A stretch of 64,000 bases of DNA from Spizellomyces punctatus DAOM BR117 (Eukaryota): assembly GCA_000182565.2 (NCBI GenBank), contig KQ257460.1; one strand, given 5' to 3'. The translations under genes were made by a program, and so were the position numbers. The notes under the pieces are model-generated. The model had not been told where the DNA came from and did no database searches. It saw only the letters and a program-made list of their open reading frames with translations. The stretch's first letter is position 1. Each line of letters begins with the position of its first letter. This document shows positions 37,301 through 54,740 of this stretch, piece after piece.

Positions 37301-40300
37301 TACATAGGGCCGCCTCTAGCACAAAAGGAAGATGATACAACATTCGAGAGGTCATTGAAGTCAATTGCTGTCAACGTATATGCCAGTGAAGATCTTTCTG
37401 GTCCGAAACCGCCACCAGAGGCTCATGAACAAACAATAGGGAGCAGCGGCCCAAGTCCACCCTCAATCCCTTCCTCACGAGTCCTAACCTCATCTCTTGG
37501 GGCTAGCAATGGAGCAGTGGAGAAAGCGGATCCACAAATCCTACCTCAGACAGCCTCATCAAAACATGATACTATTTCTTCGCCCAGCATCTCTTTTGAA
37601 GAGACACAAATGGAATCTAACGAAGACCCGGCCACGTTCTACTTTCGAAAACGCAATGCAAGTCTGGGATTGGGAGCATCAGGTACTCGTCCTGCTTCAC
37701 GAACTGGCGCAACCCCAACCGCGACCCGTCCGGCAAGCCGTACGAGTGAATTTAAGAGTTCCAATGATAGTTCCTTAAATCAACCCGGCATTCAACCTTC
37801 TACCCCAATGTCGAGTATCCCGGAAACAGCCGATGGGTTGCGTGTGTCCGTGGATGACAATAGAGCAATTGAGACAACAAGGGCGAGTCGGAGAGCCACA
37901 CCAGGCACCTCTACAGATATTACAACAGATGTGGACCTTCCCGCATCTGGTTTGCGAACCGTCGCCCAAGCTCTTGTTTCGAAGGGATACGCCCCAGATA
38001 AAGGACCCCCGTTGTATGATATAGTACACGATGTGGAGCGACGGCGGCAGACCATGACGTCTGAGGAAAGGGCCCGTTATCCGACTTTCACGGAGCCGAC
38101 TCTGGTGGAAACGCTAGAGATCAGCGCCCCTGGAAAACAGGAGGCCGAAATGGAGAAGCTCACTGCCATGATTGGCTCGTCTAGCTTACCCGTACCAGCA
38201 TACCTACGACGAAGGGGGATCTTGTATGGGCAACTTGGGAAATACGAATTGGCTCTCGATGATTTCAACACAGCTTTGGAGTACGGTAAGTAGACCAAAA
38301 TAGCCGTAATACTACAATATGTGGCTGATTCTAATATACGAATCAGATCCCTTTAATTCCGAAGCTTGTTGGTATCGACATCAACTCAATCTAATGTTTG
38401 GGCATATTCAAGCTGCTTTGCAAGACCTTGACACGATTACCGAGACCAATAAGCAACATTTCGGAGCCTTCCAAGCAAAAGCTCGCATATATCAAGAACT
38501 AGGTAATAGTTGGGGCTCGGCCAAGCACTTTTAAGAAATCTGCTAAATATCGTTACTGTTCCAGGAATGATCAAATTGGCCATTGTCAGTTATTCGCAAG
38601 TAATTAAACTGAAACCTAACAATGCCGATGGTTATTTCCAGCGCGCATGCCTTTTTGAGGCCGAGAATGTAGGTTGGGTTTGAAGGAGCATATTGCGCAT
38701 CACACGACCTAACATCTATTGTAGGAGGCGGTTTACGCCAGCGAAGATTTTAAAATGGTTAGATCTCTAGATCCGGACAATGAGCGTGCCATTCGGAATT
38801 TAGCGTTGTACAGCTTTCAACGCGAGCTTTGGAACGATGCCGTTCAGGCATTGAGCAAACTTATACATATAGCACCCGACGACAGTGAGGCATACCAATA
38901 TCGTGGTCGAGCGTACGCACATCTCGGAAAATGGGATGAGTCGTTGCAGGTATTCGAAGGCTAGTTTGAGCCGCTTTAACACATCATATCATCTAAATGA
39001 TGCATATCAGGACATGACCCTAGCCATACAGACGAATCCTAAGCAGCCAGAGTCCTTTTTTCATCGTGCATCCCTCTTACGTGAACGTCATCCCTGGAAA
39101 GCGATCGAAGATTACAGTATCTGCTTATTGCTCGATGACGGACCGTTGAATACAGAGGCATGTTATCAACGAGGTATTTTTAATATTCAAGCACTCCAAA
39201 TGTCGGATCATTCATCTTTGGCTGATAATGGTGTTCATAGCACTGTTGTATTACAAGCTAGGAGAATACAGCTACGCGATCGCGGATCTGCTAGCAGGTA
39301 TGCATACATAAGAATTGAGGAAATCTACGGTATTCTCAACCCCATCGCTGGCAGTGCTTGACTTGGATCCAAGCAAATCTCAAGCATACTTGAAACTTGG
39401 TATTTTGTACATGCGGTATATGGATGATTTCCTGGAGGCGCTGCGATGCTTCAACAAGTGTGTTGCCATAAGTAAGCCATCGCATAGGTGCTTTATTCAC
39501 GTGAACTCGAATGTTCTAAATCTGTTCAGATCCTGTGCAATTGCAGGCATACCTTTGTCGTGGAGATTTATATCAATGCGTACATGAAAAGATGGCACAT
39601 GATGATAGCGCACTACTCCCGGTCGGGCGGGGCCGACGGCGAACGATCAATCTAGGAGACGAGGGGCTCGGTATCCCGGATTACGGACTAGATGGAATAG
39701 CTTCCAGTATGCAGTACATAAATCTCGCGATTAAAGAATACAGCAAGGCAATTCATCTCGCTCCCAACAATCATTTGCTGTATTTGTATCGGGGCAAAAT
39801 CCTCATACGAGCGGGGTAAGCCAGTTCGATATATTAGGTCTATTCTAACCTTGCGCTCACTGCTGAAATGACAGGCGGATGCAGGAGGCAACTAATGACT
39901 TCCATGCTGCATTTGAGATCAATGCTGAGATCGCGCAGACATTTGTGCAAGTGGGTGCTAGCGTCTGCCATATGGAGTGAGATGTGCTGCACCTGCTCAT
40001 TTGAGTGCTCTCTATCCAACAGCGAGCATTAGTTCTCTCTTTCCAGCGCAAGTATCAGCAAATCATAATTGAATTCAAAGAGAGAAGCAAGGTCGAAAAC
40101 ATGAAGATGAANNNNNNNNNNNNNNNNNNNNNNNNNNNNNNNNNNNNNNNNNNNNNNNNNNNNNNNNNNNNNNNNNNNNNNNNNNNNNNNNNNNNNNNNN
40201 NNNNNNNNNNNAATAAACTGTGGTGACAATGAAGGTAACGGGATGCATATTCCAGCGCAAGGAAATGCTTGACAATGTGTTGGCAAAGAGCTAAGGTGTG

Positions 40301-42608
40301 CTTGTGTTCTCTTAGGCGCATTAAAGGATTTGGGTCAAGCACTGAAGTACAACAAGAGAGAGCCCCAAATCTACCTTCAACGAGGGATATGCTTTGAGAA
40401 CCTTCAGGACTGGGCCAGCGCCGTCAAGGAGCTCACCTCTTGTATATTGCTCAAGCCGGACTTTGCCAAAGCATATTACCACCGAGGTCTTTCCAAGCTT
40501 CATCTCCAAGATCAGGAAGGTGTGGAGGACCTGGGGACGGCAATTAAGCTAGATCCGAAATTCTTCGAATCATATATGACTAGAGCGAGTTATCACCATC
40601 TGAAAGGTATTTTTCCTCTGACAAGTTAAGGAAGAACTAGAAAACGCTCCCAATACTCACAAAATCTATCCAAAAGGGAACTATGTAAATGGTGTCGATG
40701 ACTGCAATGAGGCTTTAAAAATTGAACCCACAAGTATTCGCGCTTACTTGCTTCGAGGCGCTTGCAATTGCAAGTTGCACCAGTTCACGCTTGCTCTCAA
40801 CGATTTTACCCGGGCGGTCGCTTTGGACAGGGTAATTAAGAATTGCGAGTTCGATATACAGACACACTTCAATTAAATGTTGCATTGCCTAGACATCACA
40901 CTTTGCCTTTTACAACCGCGCGGTGACGTATCAACTTATGGGGGATGACCAGAGCGCAATCAAAGATTACAGTATCGCAATGCTGCTTCACAACGATTCG
41001 GTAAGAATTTGAAGGGAAAAAAATATGGAAACATCTTGTAATGAAAGCCATATAGAATGCCTATCGGAACCGTGGGTTACTGTACTGGAAGCAAGGCGAC
41101 CCGGCGAATGCCCTGCTAGATCTGTACGCTGCGCGCGATGCATTTCCAGAAGATCCGCGACTGCATGGCCTGTTGGGACTATGCCTACAAACCTTGGGCA
41201 AGGTGCAAGAAAGCGTGGAAGCGTTTTCGGCGGTAAGTCTTCTACATCATGGCGTCTACGACCACGGTGATCTAAATTTCGTTGATTGATGCCGCATACT
41301 CTAGGCCATCGCCGTCAATCCGTACATGACTGAGGCTTACTTGGGTCGTGGCAACGTGTATGCATCGCAAGGTCTGACAACGAGCGCTCGGAAGGATTAT
41401 CTGCGCGTTCTGCACCTGTATCCACGATGTAGCGAGGCCCTCGTAAATATGGCTTACACCATGCAGGCTGAAAATCGGCCAAAAAGAGTAAGCGTCAGAG
41501 AACTTTCGTGGTGTCTAGCTACTGGAACATATCTACTCACACAGGTTCCCCATCAGGCGTATGATCTATTTAGCACGGCCCTCGTTCTCGATCCGAAGTG
41601 TGAGGAGGCACTAGAGGGTCGGTCGGTGGTCCATTTTGCTTTGAAGAATTTCTTTGGTGCCTTAGTGGATATCTGCAAGGCGATTGTGAGTGCCTGAGCA
41701 GTGTGACATAACCGGGACGAGGTACTGATTGCGAACAACCACAGGAACTATCTCCGCATAACTGTGAGTACCTGACGAACCGAGGGGTCGTTTACCAAGC
41801 GCTTGGAGACAATGTATCGGCATTACAGAACTATAAGGTAAGAATAGCGTGATGAAGAATTGTGTGATTATTTGTCTTCTGCAACCCTCAATGAATATCT
41901 GTTCTGGATAGCTCGCAATCAAATACAACCCATCCTACGCCTTGGCGCATCTCAATGCCGCCAACCTGTACTTCTATCAGAAGCGTTGGGAGCAAGCTCT
42001 GGAAGCGTACGACGCGGTATGCAGCTATTTGGTAGAACTCCTCACTCAGTCATGTTAACTGAACCTTTCATCCCTAAAGACACTGCAACTCAGTCCTAGT
42101 ATGGTCTCTGCATACGTGAATCGGGGAATCACGAAAGCGATATTGAAAGGTAATCGCCCGGATCGATCTTTGCTGACAGACTGTGATCATTGATGCATCT
42201 GTGTTCTAGATACGACGGGTGCATTGGCAGACTTTGACCACGCGGCAGATCTTAATCCGTCCATTCCTGAGGTGTTTTTCAACAGAGGACACGTCATGCA
42301 GACACTGGGTATCGTATCATACTACCTTGCAGACCACCTTTCGCCTAACGGCTCATATCTTCCATTCGGCAAATATAGATCGACATGAAGACGCCGAAAG
42401 AGACTACAGCAAAGTACTCGCCTTATGCCCCTTAGACAGTCTAGCGCACACAAGACGTGGAGACGCGTATGTTCTAAAGAGTCTGGCTCCCTTTAGTACA
42501 GCGGCACGCTAATCAAATCTCTGTTTCCATTTTAGCCGTGGTCATCAAGCCAACATATCCGGTGCAATGCACGATTATGCATTAGCGGTTGCTCAGAATC
42601 CAGATTGA
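34391..42608 (+). CDS. Large TPR protein (TTC6-like) with long disordered N-terminus, many exons; spans the assembly gap
   Basis: Successive TPR exons (AYLRRRGILYGQLGKYELALDDF, AYYHRGL, EAYLGRGNVY, YLTNRGVV); start MDPNSR inferred by splicing into the ORF at 34754. Confidence 0.75.
40112..40211. other. Assembly gap (100 N) inside the TPR gene
   Basis: Run of N. Confidence 1.
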
Positions 42609-42683
42609 GATGGATGATTATCTATTCCTCAGCACTTAATTTATTCTGAATTTCGGCGCAGGCACGTCTAGTTTCAGAGCCCA

Positions 42684-43500
42684 TCAAAGGGTCAATAATA
42701 AACCATGGTAATGGACGGTGACCTTGGTCTCCGAGTCCTCGTATCCAAAAAATCTATCGTTCTTTTTGATCTTGAATCCAGCTTCGTTGACCAGTTTGAG
42801 TATATCCGCCTCCGCGAAGGTGTTCAGTCCGCCGGATTCTGGCAAAGTAACCGCGAAACACCCCTGACCATTCTGTTTGAGCGATCTTGCTACGGACGTG
42901 AATAGGTTCTGAGGGTTCTTGACAAAATCTAGAACCCCGACGCAAACTTCCAAAGAACTTGAGTGCTTGCGAAAGATCAAACATTGCGAATTGGACGTAC
43001 TGATGGCATCAAAAACCCGAGCAAAGGGTATGTCTGCCTCTATATCTTGACAGAGAAGCTCTCGGAATGGAAACTGTTTCGCCTTGTCCAACATCTAAGT
43101 GCATTGGGAAATGGATGAGGATACGTAGCAAACAGGGCAAGTAACCTCCAACAAAAGTACCTCTGGAGTCGCGTCCACTCCATAGACATCAATTCGTTGT
43201 GACAGCGGCTGAGTGAAGAACAGCTTTGAGCTACGCAGATATGAAAAGGGAGCTAAAGAGTTGGGAAATAAAACTGGAAGAACCAACGACGATCACAACG
43301 CACCTCTGTCCAGTCCCACACCCGAGATCTAGAAACGCGAGGTAATCTTGGTCTGGGACCATATTTGAAAAATGCTCCAACACCCAGTTAGCTATTATAA
43401 ATGGGGCAGGATAGGTCTCTTTCTCGATATCCTCATCGTATGACTTTGCATATGAACCATAAAACTTTGTTATTTCCTCTATGGACCATCCTGCAGCCAT
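42684..43500 (-). CDS. Class I SAM-dependent methyltransferase (METTL27/WBSCR27-like)
   Basis: FYGSYAKSYDED, LDLGCGTG motif I, GVDATPEML..AK, VCVGVLDFV. Confidence 0.85.
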
Positions 43501-43766
43501 TGTGTGAAATGGCCAAGGTGAACGACGTGATGGGCGAACTGGAAGTGAACGCGCTGGTCAGGTGGGTAATTAAGCCCGAACTGGTTTTCATGAATATGCA
43601 AGCCACCTAGAGGTATGCTTGACGTCGGCTACCGTAACATGCAGAAAGGATTGACACAGAAGTCATAGTTGCAGTGCACGGACTGTCTTTCATGCAAGCT
43701 GACTTGTAACCATTCTCCCTATCACTAGACGTACATCTATCACATCTATCCTACGCTGGACACATA

Positions 43767-46756
43767 TCAGATCTTCTGAGTGTGCCTCTTGAGCCACTTC
43801 CATCCGTCGCTTCCTTCTTGCAACAAGGGATGTACCCTATCCCAGCACCGAGTGTGATACGCATTCAACCAGTCTCTTTCCTCTGGAGTTAAGAGGCCAA
43901 TATCGACCAGGCTCGTCTGGATCGGAACCAGGGTGACGTGCTCAAAGCCGAGGTATCCGCGATCCCCAAAGTTGTGGGGAGTCTTCACATCGCGAATCAA
44001 AAGGACATTTTCGATTCGGATGCCAAAGGACCCCTCTTTGTAGTATCCGGGCTCTGATTGTGAATAAAGGTAATGACGTCAATTTGTACAATACGTCAAT
44101 ATAATAAGCTCGCCATGTATATACCGTTGGTCACCGTCATTCCTGCCTCCAGCTGCACATCATTGTAGGCGATCCTAGTACCGATGCCATGGGGTCCTTA
44201 TAAAAGCAGTTAGGTTCAAATTGTTGCTCTTCCATTGACCAGTTTGTCTTGGCCTACCCTCATGCACATTCAAGAAGGATCCAACGCCGTGACCGGTACC
44301 GTGTCGAAAGTCAAGACCTGCCTTCCAGAGAGGGACTCTGGCGAGGACGTCTAGAAGGTAGCCAGTTGTTCCACGGGGGAACACGGCCATGTCGATTTGG
44401 ATATGTCCTTTCAGCACTCGAGTAAAAGCATCCTTTTCCTCTGCCGTTGGCGTGCCAAAGTGAAGCGTGCGGGTAACATCCGTCGTCCCGTCCCTAAAGA
44501 CAGTTGTTCATATGCGCCAATGGCATCAAGGCTATCACTCTGCCCCAGTAGCTTACTTGTATTGAGCACCAGAATCGCACAGGTACAATTGATCCACCTG
44601 GATGGTCGCGCAGGTTTCGCGTTCAGGCTTGTAGTGAATGATGGCACCGTTGGGTCCAGTTGATGAGATTGTATCAAAACTTAACCCAACGAAATCCTTT
44701 TGCTTCCTTTGTTAGAATAGTCAGCAACGACAACGGGAGAAGGAAGACAAAATCGTGATATATGTCACCTGCGGAGACTTTCCAACTTGTCAGCTGCTTC
44801 AACCTCAGCGAGTGCTGCTTTGTTCTCAACCAGTTCCTTCTCCAGCCATGCAAAGTATTCGCACTGTTCGGTGACACGGTCGATTTAGGAAACAAACTTT
44901 GAAAAATTATAACATTGGATCCGAGAGATGAGATTTCAAACGTACCAAGGCAGCAGCGTCCCTGAAAGATAGAGTCAACCAGTTGCAGCAAAGCTCATTC
45001 TAATCTGAAAATAACGCATCGCACCTGATGTGAGACTGACGAAATCCTTCTAATTCTGCTTCATTTTTGATGGCCTTTGCTGTCATTACTGGCGATCGCG
45101 ATTCGCTGACGTATTGCTGGAAAAAGCAAAGGATGATCCAGATGGGGCCACCTGCCTATCTGAAGGGCTCGGTTACTTACGCTTCCACCCAGCGCGTCTT
45201 GAAGAGCCAGGGAGCACCGGCTGTCAATCCAAAGCTTCTAGAATGGTTAAAGAATTTAAGTGGAAGCAGGCCGAAGGATATATGATTACTGAACTCACTT
45301 CTCCCTGCTTTTGAGCCCCGAATTGTTTGACATCTTGAAAGACAGCTTCATACGGGCGTATTTTTACTGTGGAGCCCAGGTGCTCCTTCACCTGTGATAT
45401 TATAAAAGTATTTAGCATTTTGGTGTACTTCTGATAAATTTCACTTGCGAATATCACACCTCGTTGGTCAGCTTGTTCTCATCCACATACAGAAGCACCT
45501 CATCACGGGTGACCAAGGCATATGCGAAAAAGACGGGATTATAGGCAATATCAGACCCACGAAGGTTGAAGAGCCCTTATAGAATCGCGTCAGAAGAAGG
45601 CATGATTCTGTATGTCTTCCGGACGGAACTTACAAGCTATCTCGTCCAAGGCGGTTACAATGAATCCATAAGTCTTCTTCTTCTCAATTTGTTCCCGCAA
45701 GGCTGCAATTTTCTCTTCACTAGACTTGCCTGCGAAGAGTTGGCTTACATCCCAAAATTGAAGCGGACCCATAACGCACCGGAATATGCAATCGGATGAA
45801 CAATGATCTTGTGGGGTGGCATTGATGGCTGGTCCGCACCCCAAACTTTATCAACAAGGTTCTCGTGTATGCTCACTAACGAGTGTCCCTCCTTTGTTAG
45901 GGCCTCCGCCAGCTGCCGTGCGGCGCCTTTCAGAACAGGATAGGCGATTAATATCCGCAGAAAGAAGCGCGTCGAACCTTCATCGATTCTTACCAACGGT
46001 GAAGAGCTTCGGATCAACACCAACTTTCGATTCCTTGGGAAGGACCTAAAGGAGACTGTTGAATGGCTTATGAATTGCTGAGGCGTTTCATTGTGCGCTT
46101 ACTTTAACCAGCCATTCTTCTTTGCTGGGAACATCAGGCAGGCCACTCTTCATCAGAGTCCAGTTAGCGTCAAGCTGTTGGGAGGCTTGTAGAAAATATC
46201 GGCCATCGGTCCATAGGGCAGCCTGTTCCAAAGTTATGACCGCAAGGCCTAGCGAGTCGCGATAAATAAAGATCTAGCAAAGATCTATACGATTCGGCAA
46301 GCCTTGTGAAAGAAGCCAACCTGCAGACCCTGTAAATCCCGATACAAAGGCTCGTCGAGCATCTCGGTCAGCGAGATATTCACTCTGTAAGGAAACCCTT
46401 GGGTTAGATCCATTTCAGCCGGCAACTCGAATCTTACGTACTTGGTGCGCATCTTCCGAGGGCACAATGTACGCGTGAAGTCCGTTTTCACGCATGATCT
46501 CCCTAAGTCGCTTGACCCTTTCAGTGGTATTGATGGGGCTATTGCTCTGAGATGCTTTTCCATCGAGCGGTTTCTTGCTGTCGGCAGTCATGGTTGAAAG
46601 ACTACAAGTACGGAATGGTACAGTAAATTGTGTATTGGCTTGTAGACGTGAGCAGGGAAGATTTTGCACAAGAAAGCAACAGAAAGCGTGAACAGAATGA
46701 TATTGGCCCTTTAAAAGCCTACTGTGTGCTCGAAAAATCGGGCGAATCGTCCTCAT
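43767..46756 (-). CDS. Xaa-Pro aminopeptidase P (XPNPEP1/Fra1-like, M24B), many exons
   Basis: [71 protein letters not shown]. Confidence 0.93.
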
Positions 46757-47801
46757 TCCCTCTGTAGCTTATCGCTTGCATTTCAACACCGTGCCGGGGA
46801 TGGCACAGCACCCACGATCGGATGGGGAATTCCCCATGGGAAGCGCGGAACTTTACTTTCCGCAGTGAGATTCACATCAGAATTTGCATACCACTGCCAG
46901 ACATGTAAGCATATATTCTCAAAACAAGACAGAGTGAACATAAGTTTCATAACGTGGAAGTTACAGGTAACATGTGAAGAGACAGGGCCGCACATCTGAC
47001 GATATCCTTACCGACGTACAACGACTTGGATAAACAGGTCGTGAGTATGATGCATCTTTCACTGTCCCCAAGTACTCATTCTGGAAAGGGCAGTCTGAAA
47101 AAGTCCGCCCACAAGGCGCTTACGATAATCAGGAAATTAATGGCATCTCGGGTTAGTGGTAACAGGCAACGATTTCAGAATTCAAAATTCAGAAAGCCCC
47201 AAGCGCAGTGTATCAAACGCTCGACGATTCTTGCCTGCAAGGGTAGAGTGATAAAACACAGAATGCCGAGGATGCATAACCTATCCATGCATCAATGAAC
47301 CTGGGATAGGATTATTTGGAAGGCCAGTAAATTGCTTTGCAGGCAAGCTTTGATCATGAATGGCAGGTTGAACACTGGGCGTGGAGTCCAGCAGCTCGGA
47401 TTACGGCGATAAGTGCTATCATGAAAATCGACTCCTCTGCTGACCCTGCTTAATGCAGGAAGCTTTCCTTGCGATAATTCTCGTACCGTATTCCAAAAAG
47501 GCTCCAGTCATTTGAGTTACTTGCATAACCCTATTGGTTTTCCAGCTGGAGAGAAGCTAGATATACGCTGAACGGGCTTCCATTTGGCCAATGAAAGCCA
47601 GTGGAACGGGAATGTTCCATAGTTGCCCACGGGAGACATTGGATCAAACCAAGTCAAACCACTCATTTGAGTTGTGGCTTGTATACGTTATCAGGTCCGA
47701 TAGTATCCCAGGGGAGACGATAAGAGTGGGGTATTTAAACACATATGGGACCCTCATCACACTTCCTGGGATCCCCATCTTTTCCTTTGTTGACACCCGC
47801 C

Positions 47802-49512
47802 ATGCTTTCTCGGATGAATTGGAAATTGTTCCTTGGGACATTGCTTGTCATCGGTAAATATGATGAACGTACGCTTTTGCCTAGAATCCCATTCGCTCAT
47901 CTCCCCATCTAGGGCACCTCATTCCCGCTTACTGCGAACCGGTCCCTATTGCGGCCGTCATTTTGTCTCGACACGGTGCCCGTACCCCACTTTTTAAGGA
48001 CACCAAAACGTTTGCTGAAGGAAACTCGGAACTGACTATTGAAGGAAAAAACCAACTCTATGAACGCGGACAATTTTTGCATGACCGCTGGACCCTCGAC
48101 GCCGGAAATGCCATGGTTGGTTTTGCCGACACGTACTATCAGAATCAAACCTACGTTAGATCTAGGTGAGGCTAGAATTCTTAATTTGTAGGTAATCAAA
48201 AAGCCGAGCGCCTAATAAATCTCTTATGTGTGCAGCGACACAGATCGCACGATTAACAGTGCACAAAGCTTGTTAATGTCGTTGTATCCTCCTAAACCCG
48301 CGCAGGTTGATAAAAGGATATACCTTACCTCAAAAGCGACGAGCATAAGCTAACCAAATCTTACTCAGACCTTGCGACTTGCCAACGGGACAACTTTGGC
48401 CGCTCCAGGATCCTCCGACCAGCAAGTTCCAATCCACGTTGTTGGACAAAATGAAGATATTGTGCTGCGGGGCTGGTTCAACTGCACGAAGCTTGACAAA
48501 CATGTGAGCGATCTGTTTGCCAGTGACGCCTTCAAGTCCACGCAAGCCCAACATCAAACCCTGTTGGACGCATTGTCACCACGGTTCGGACGTCCGTTGG
48601 GCTTGGTGGATATGTGGAATGTGTAAGCTATTCTCGCTGCTCCACATGTTGGACCCCCTGGGTATTTTTGTCAACTCAAACGGCGCATATTTATCTTACC
48701 AGATTTGATTATCTGAACACGCAACGCTCGTACAACGCCTCATTTCAAGACCTTACAGCGGACCAATGGACCGAACTCACCGCGCTCGTCAACTACCTGG
48801 AGTATGAGAAATTCAAGCCAGGTTACGGGGCAGCAAACTTTCTTGCTGAAGTTATTAAGGAATTGAAGGCATCAGCCTCTCCAGGTGCTACGAGGAAGGT
48901 CGGTACAAATCTAGTGCTTCCACCACGTCAGCTTCCTTGGGTGCATCTCTTATTCAATTGAAATGTTTATAGGTGACATACTTTTCTGGTCATTACACTA
49001 CCTTCGTCAACTTCTTCGGGCTCACGGGTCTAAGTACCGCCGTCGAAAACCTCCGTGCCATTCCCGACTATGGCTCACTCCTCATTTTTGAACTATTGGC
49101 CGATGCCGGTAAACCGGAGCGCTATGTACGAGTCAGTTTTCGCAATGGACAGGGCGCTGTACAAGTCCTCAGCCTTCCGGGTCTTTCGGCCATGGCTCTC
49201 CTCCCAGACTTTGTCACCCGAATGCAACCACTCTCCGCCGAGGGATTGGACGGTTGGTGTAATGTTTGTGGGAATAATGAGAACAGAGGCTGTGATCTTC
49301 GCACTGCAGCCTTTTCAGCAACCGGAAGTGGAGAGAGTAGTTCTGTAAAGCCCATCGTCGCTGGATTTGGTGGTGCTGCTGTTGGAGTCACCGCTGCCAT
49401 CATTGGCGCTATGATCGTTCACAAGTATAAGAGACGGAAGTGGCTTGCTACTGAGGTTTTAGACGTCGACAGGGCATCACAGGTCTCTAGTACCAAGCAA
49501 CTCTTAGTCTAG
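47802..49512 (+). CDS. Histidine acid phosphatase family (clade 2) type-I membrane protein
   Basis: Signal-peptide-like first exon, SRHGARTP motif, VRS..DRTINSA, PDYGSLLIFEL, C-terminal TM plus KRRK. Confidence 0.85.
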
Positions 49513-50983
49513 GACCGTGTAGTACATAGGTTCATTGATAGCTGAAGCGACACCGTAGTCGAAATGTTTACAAAGCCTAGAGATACATGCAATGGAGCAA
49601 ATACGGGTGCTCTATGACTCGTATACTGAAATTGAGCTCGGAAATAGCCAATCCACGGGAAAAAAAAGGCATCTCTGGCCCTTCCAGCTTTCTATTGTTT
49701 CATCCAGCAAATGAGTATAGTGAACGAGCGTCAACGTCCACATTACCGTGCTGCGATAATGAGGCAGTGACAGAGGGCAGGCGTGGTATCTTCAAAGAGG
49801 AACTCATGGGCAGAGTTGAGAGATCTCCCGTGCCACTTAATTTTCGTTATTTATTGCAGATGGGTGGTCGTCATGAGTGGGCAGCTCGTCATATCTCGTT
49901 ACTAGTATCTCTCACCTAACATTGGCGTGCAGGAGAGGTAATCTCCTCTAAAATATGGAACAGAATAACAGTCCAGTAAGTTAAGGCGCAGACGTACGAC
50001 TCAATTGACCGCTCTCCGAAACCCGGAAACTCTTGCTGGAGCAGCCGACACCCTTTTGTATCTACTGTCTTGAAATGTCTTTGACTATCCATATTCACTC
50101 TTCATGTTCGAAAACTGGTTGGCAGTTGAGGCGGTCCTTCGGTCTTGCCTAGGTAAGGTGGAGCGGTGATCTTTGGTTTTCATCACCGAAGGAAACGCAC
50201 AATGCTTGCAATATCCTTTCCGTCCTCCAGCGAGGTTCTGGAACGGTCCGCATGGTCGTAGACTGCACCCGACCCGTTTCGACATGAAGATGCTTCAAGT
50301 TTGGGGCTGTCTCATTAGCAAACAGAGATATTCCTGATGCCTACTTTATCTTGTGTGTTTCGGAGAATCTCATCCGGCAAGAGGTAAACAATGGATCTAC
50401 CATATGGGCAAAAAAATTCGCAAAGCCAAGCCGTTTGTATGGAGTCGAAACGTTGATGAGCATTGGTGACGTTGGCATGGAATTGACTATATCTGATAGT
50501 AAGACTTTTTGATATATCTTTGACAATCCTTGCCACTTCAATGTAGACATCTTGTATTTCATTCGTTTTATTCAGAAGTCGAGCGTTTGTGATACGCTAT
50601 TTAACTTTTGGGATATGTCTGCCCGACAAGAAAATCTATCAAGAGCTCTTGTTCTTTTCTACTGTCAAATGCAGTCATTATCAATCTTTCTCCAAGTAGT
50701 CACCATCCTTGATAATTTGTTGGCGGAATCAGATGAACTGTCTAGCATCAAAGGCATTAAGGGTTGATGGCTACATCACAACAGCTAATTCCTAGTCAAT
50801 AGTTGACCCAACTAGGACGTACTCCCGAGAGCACATCACCACGGACTCACCGAGTCAAAAGCTCAACATCTGTGCGCAGCAACCCACAGTGCGCAGCCCT
50901 CATCCTACTAAGCCATCTATTTTCTTTTTGATTTTTGGAACCCTAGCCTGCTACGTGATCTCGTCCGCACTGCATTTGCCTAG

Positions 50984-53774
<2,791 letters not shown>

Positions 53775-53905
53775 TGAGTTGTCTGAGTAGTCAAGGAGGC
53801 ATAGAGCTAGCGGGTTATGGCGTGAGGGTGCCTTGGGGGCATTGATGTATCCATCCATTTTGTGTTTTGCAATCAAAAAGAAATATAAACTTGTCGAATC
53901 GAATG

Positions 53906-54740
53906 TCAAGTAGCAATGACATTAAAAAAATGCACGACTTCGTCCTCATCCATGACGCCGACCTGCGTCCCGCATGTTTCACATTTAACAGACCAATATA
54001 CCTCATCTTCTGTAACGTCCTTATCCAACTCCTCAGTAATGCCTACTTTGCCCTTCCCTTTTGACTTCTCCTTTGGATATCTCAAAACTTCCCCTTTATC
54101 CACAACACAGTTTTCAAAAAACATGGCGCGAAATTGACTATCGTAGTGAATATGTTGCTGACAATCATAGCATACGTCTGTGAGACACATCGGGCACGAG
54201 AGAGTTGCATCGGAGGCACCAAGTCGACCAAATGCCTGGGTCTTGCCTGGGGAATTCGCACGGCGGCCTGCATCAATAAAGTCTTAATCGACACCAATCT
54301 TGAAGCAGATCACAAACTGGCAAAACCATACTTTGAATCTTGTTTTCCAGCCACTTTTCATCATCTGAATCGGCAGCCGGATCGTAAAAGAGTTCATCAT
54401 TTGTTGGAACCTTCTGTCGTAGGATCCCTTGTGGTTATTTAGAAATGGATGATCATTTGCACTTTGCCAAGCTCCGCTCACCTTTCGCCCCCTGCTTCTT
54501 CTTTGTGCTCTCGTTCAATCCTGGTATTCTCTCTAATTTACTGCCGTCAGCGGTCGCCACCCCTGTGTTCTCCTGCTTCTCGATATCGTCGTCGCCTTCC
54601 ATATCACTATCAAAATAAACGTCTTCATAGTACTGCTCATTGGCATCGTCGGCAGGTAATGTCTGTGGTTTTCGTGATAGAATGGTAGATGCGCTTTTTG
54701 AGTCGTATCCTGCCGCTTTGAAAATCTCTGTTGGGTCCAT
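53906..54740 (-). CDS. E2F-associated phosphoprotein (EAPP)-like, Eapp_C domain
   Basis: YFDSD; DAALSCPMCLTDVCYDCQQH..Y..QFRAMF..NC; VKCETCGTQVGVMDEDEVVHFFNVI. Confidence 0.85.

Noticed and set aside
40005-40342. ORFs containing X runs
   Set aside because: Artefacts of the 100-N gap
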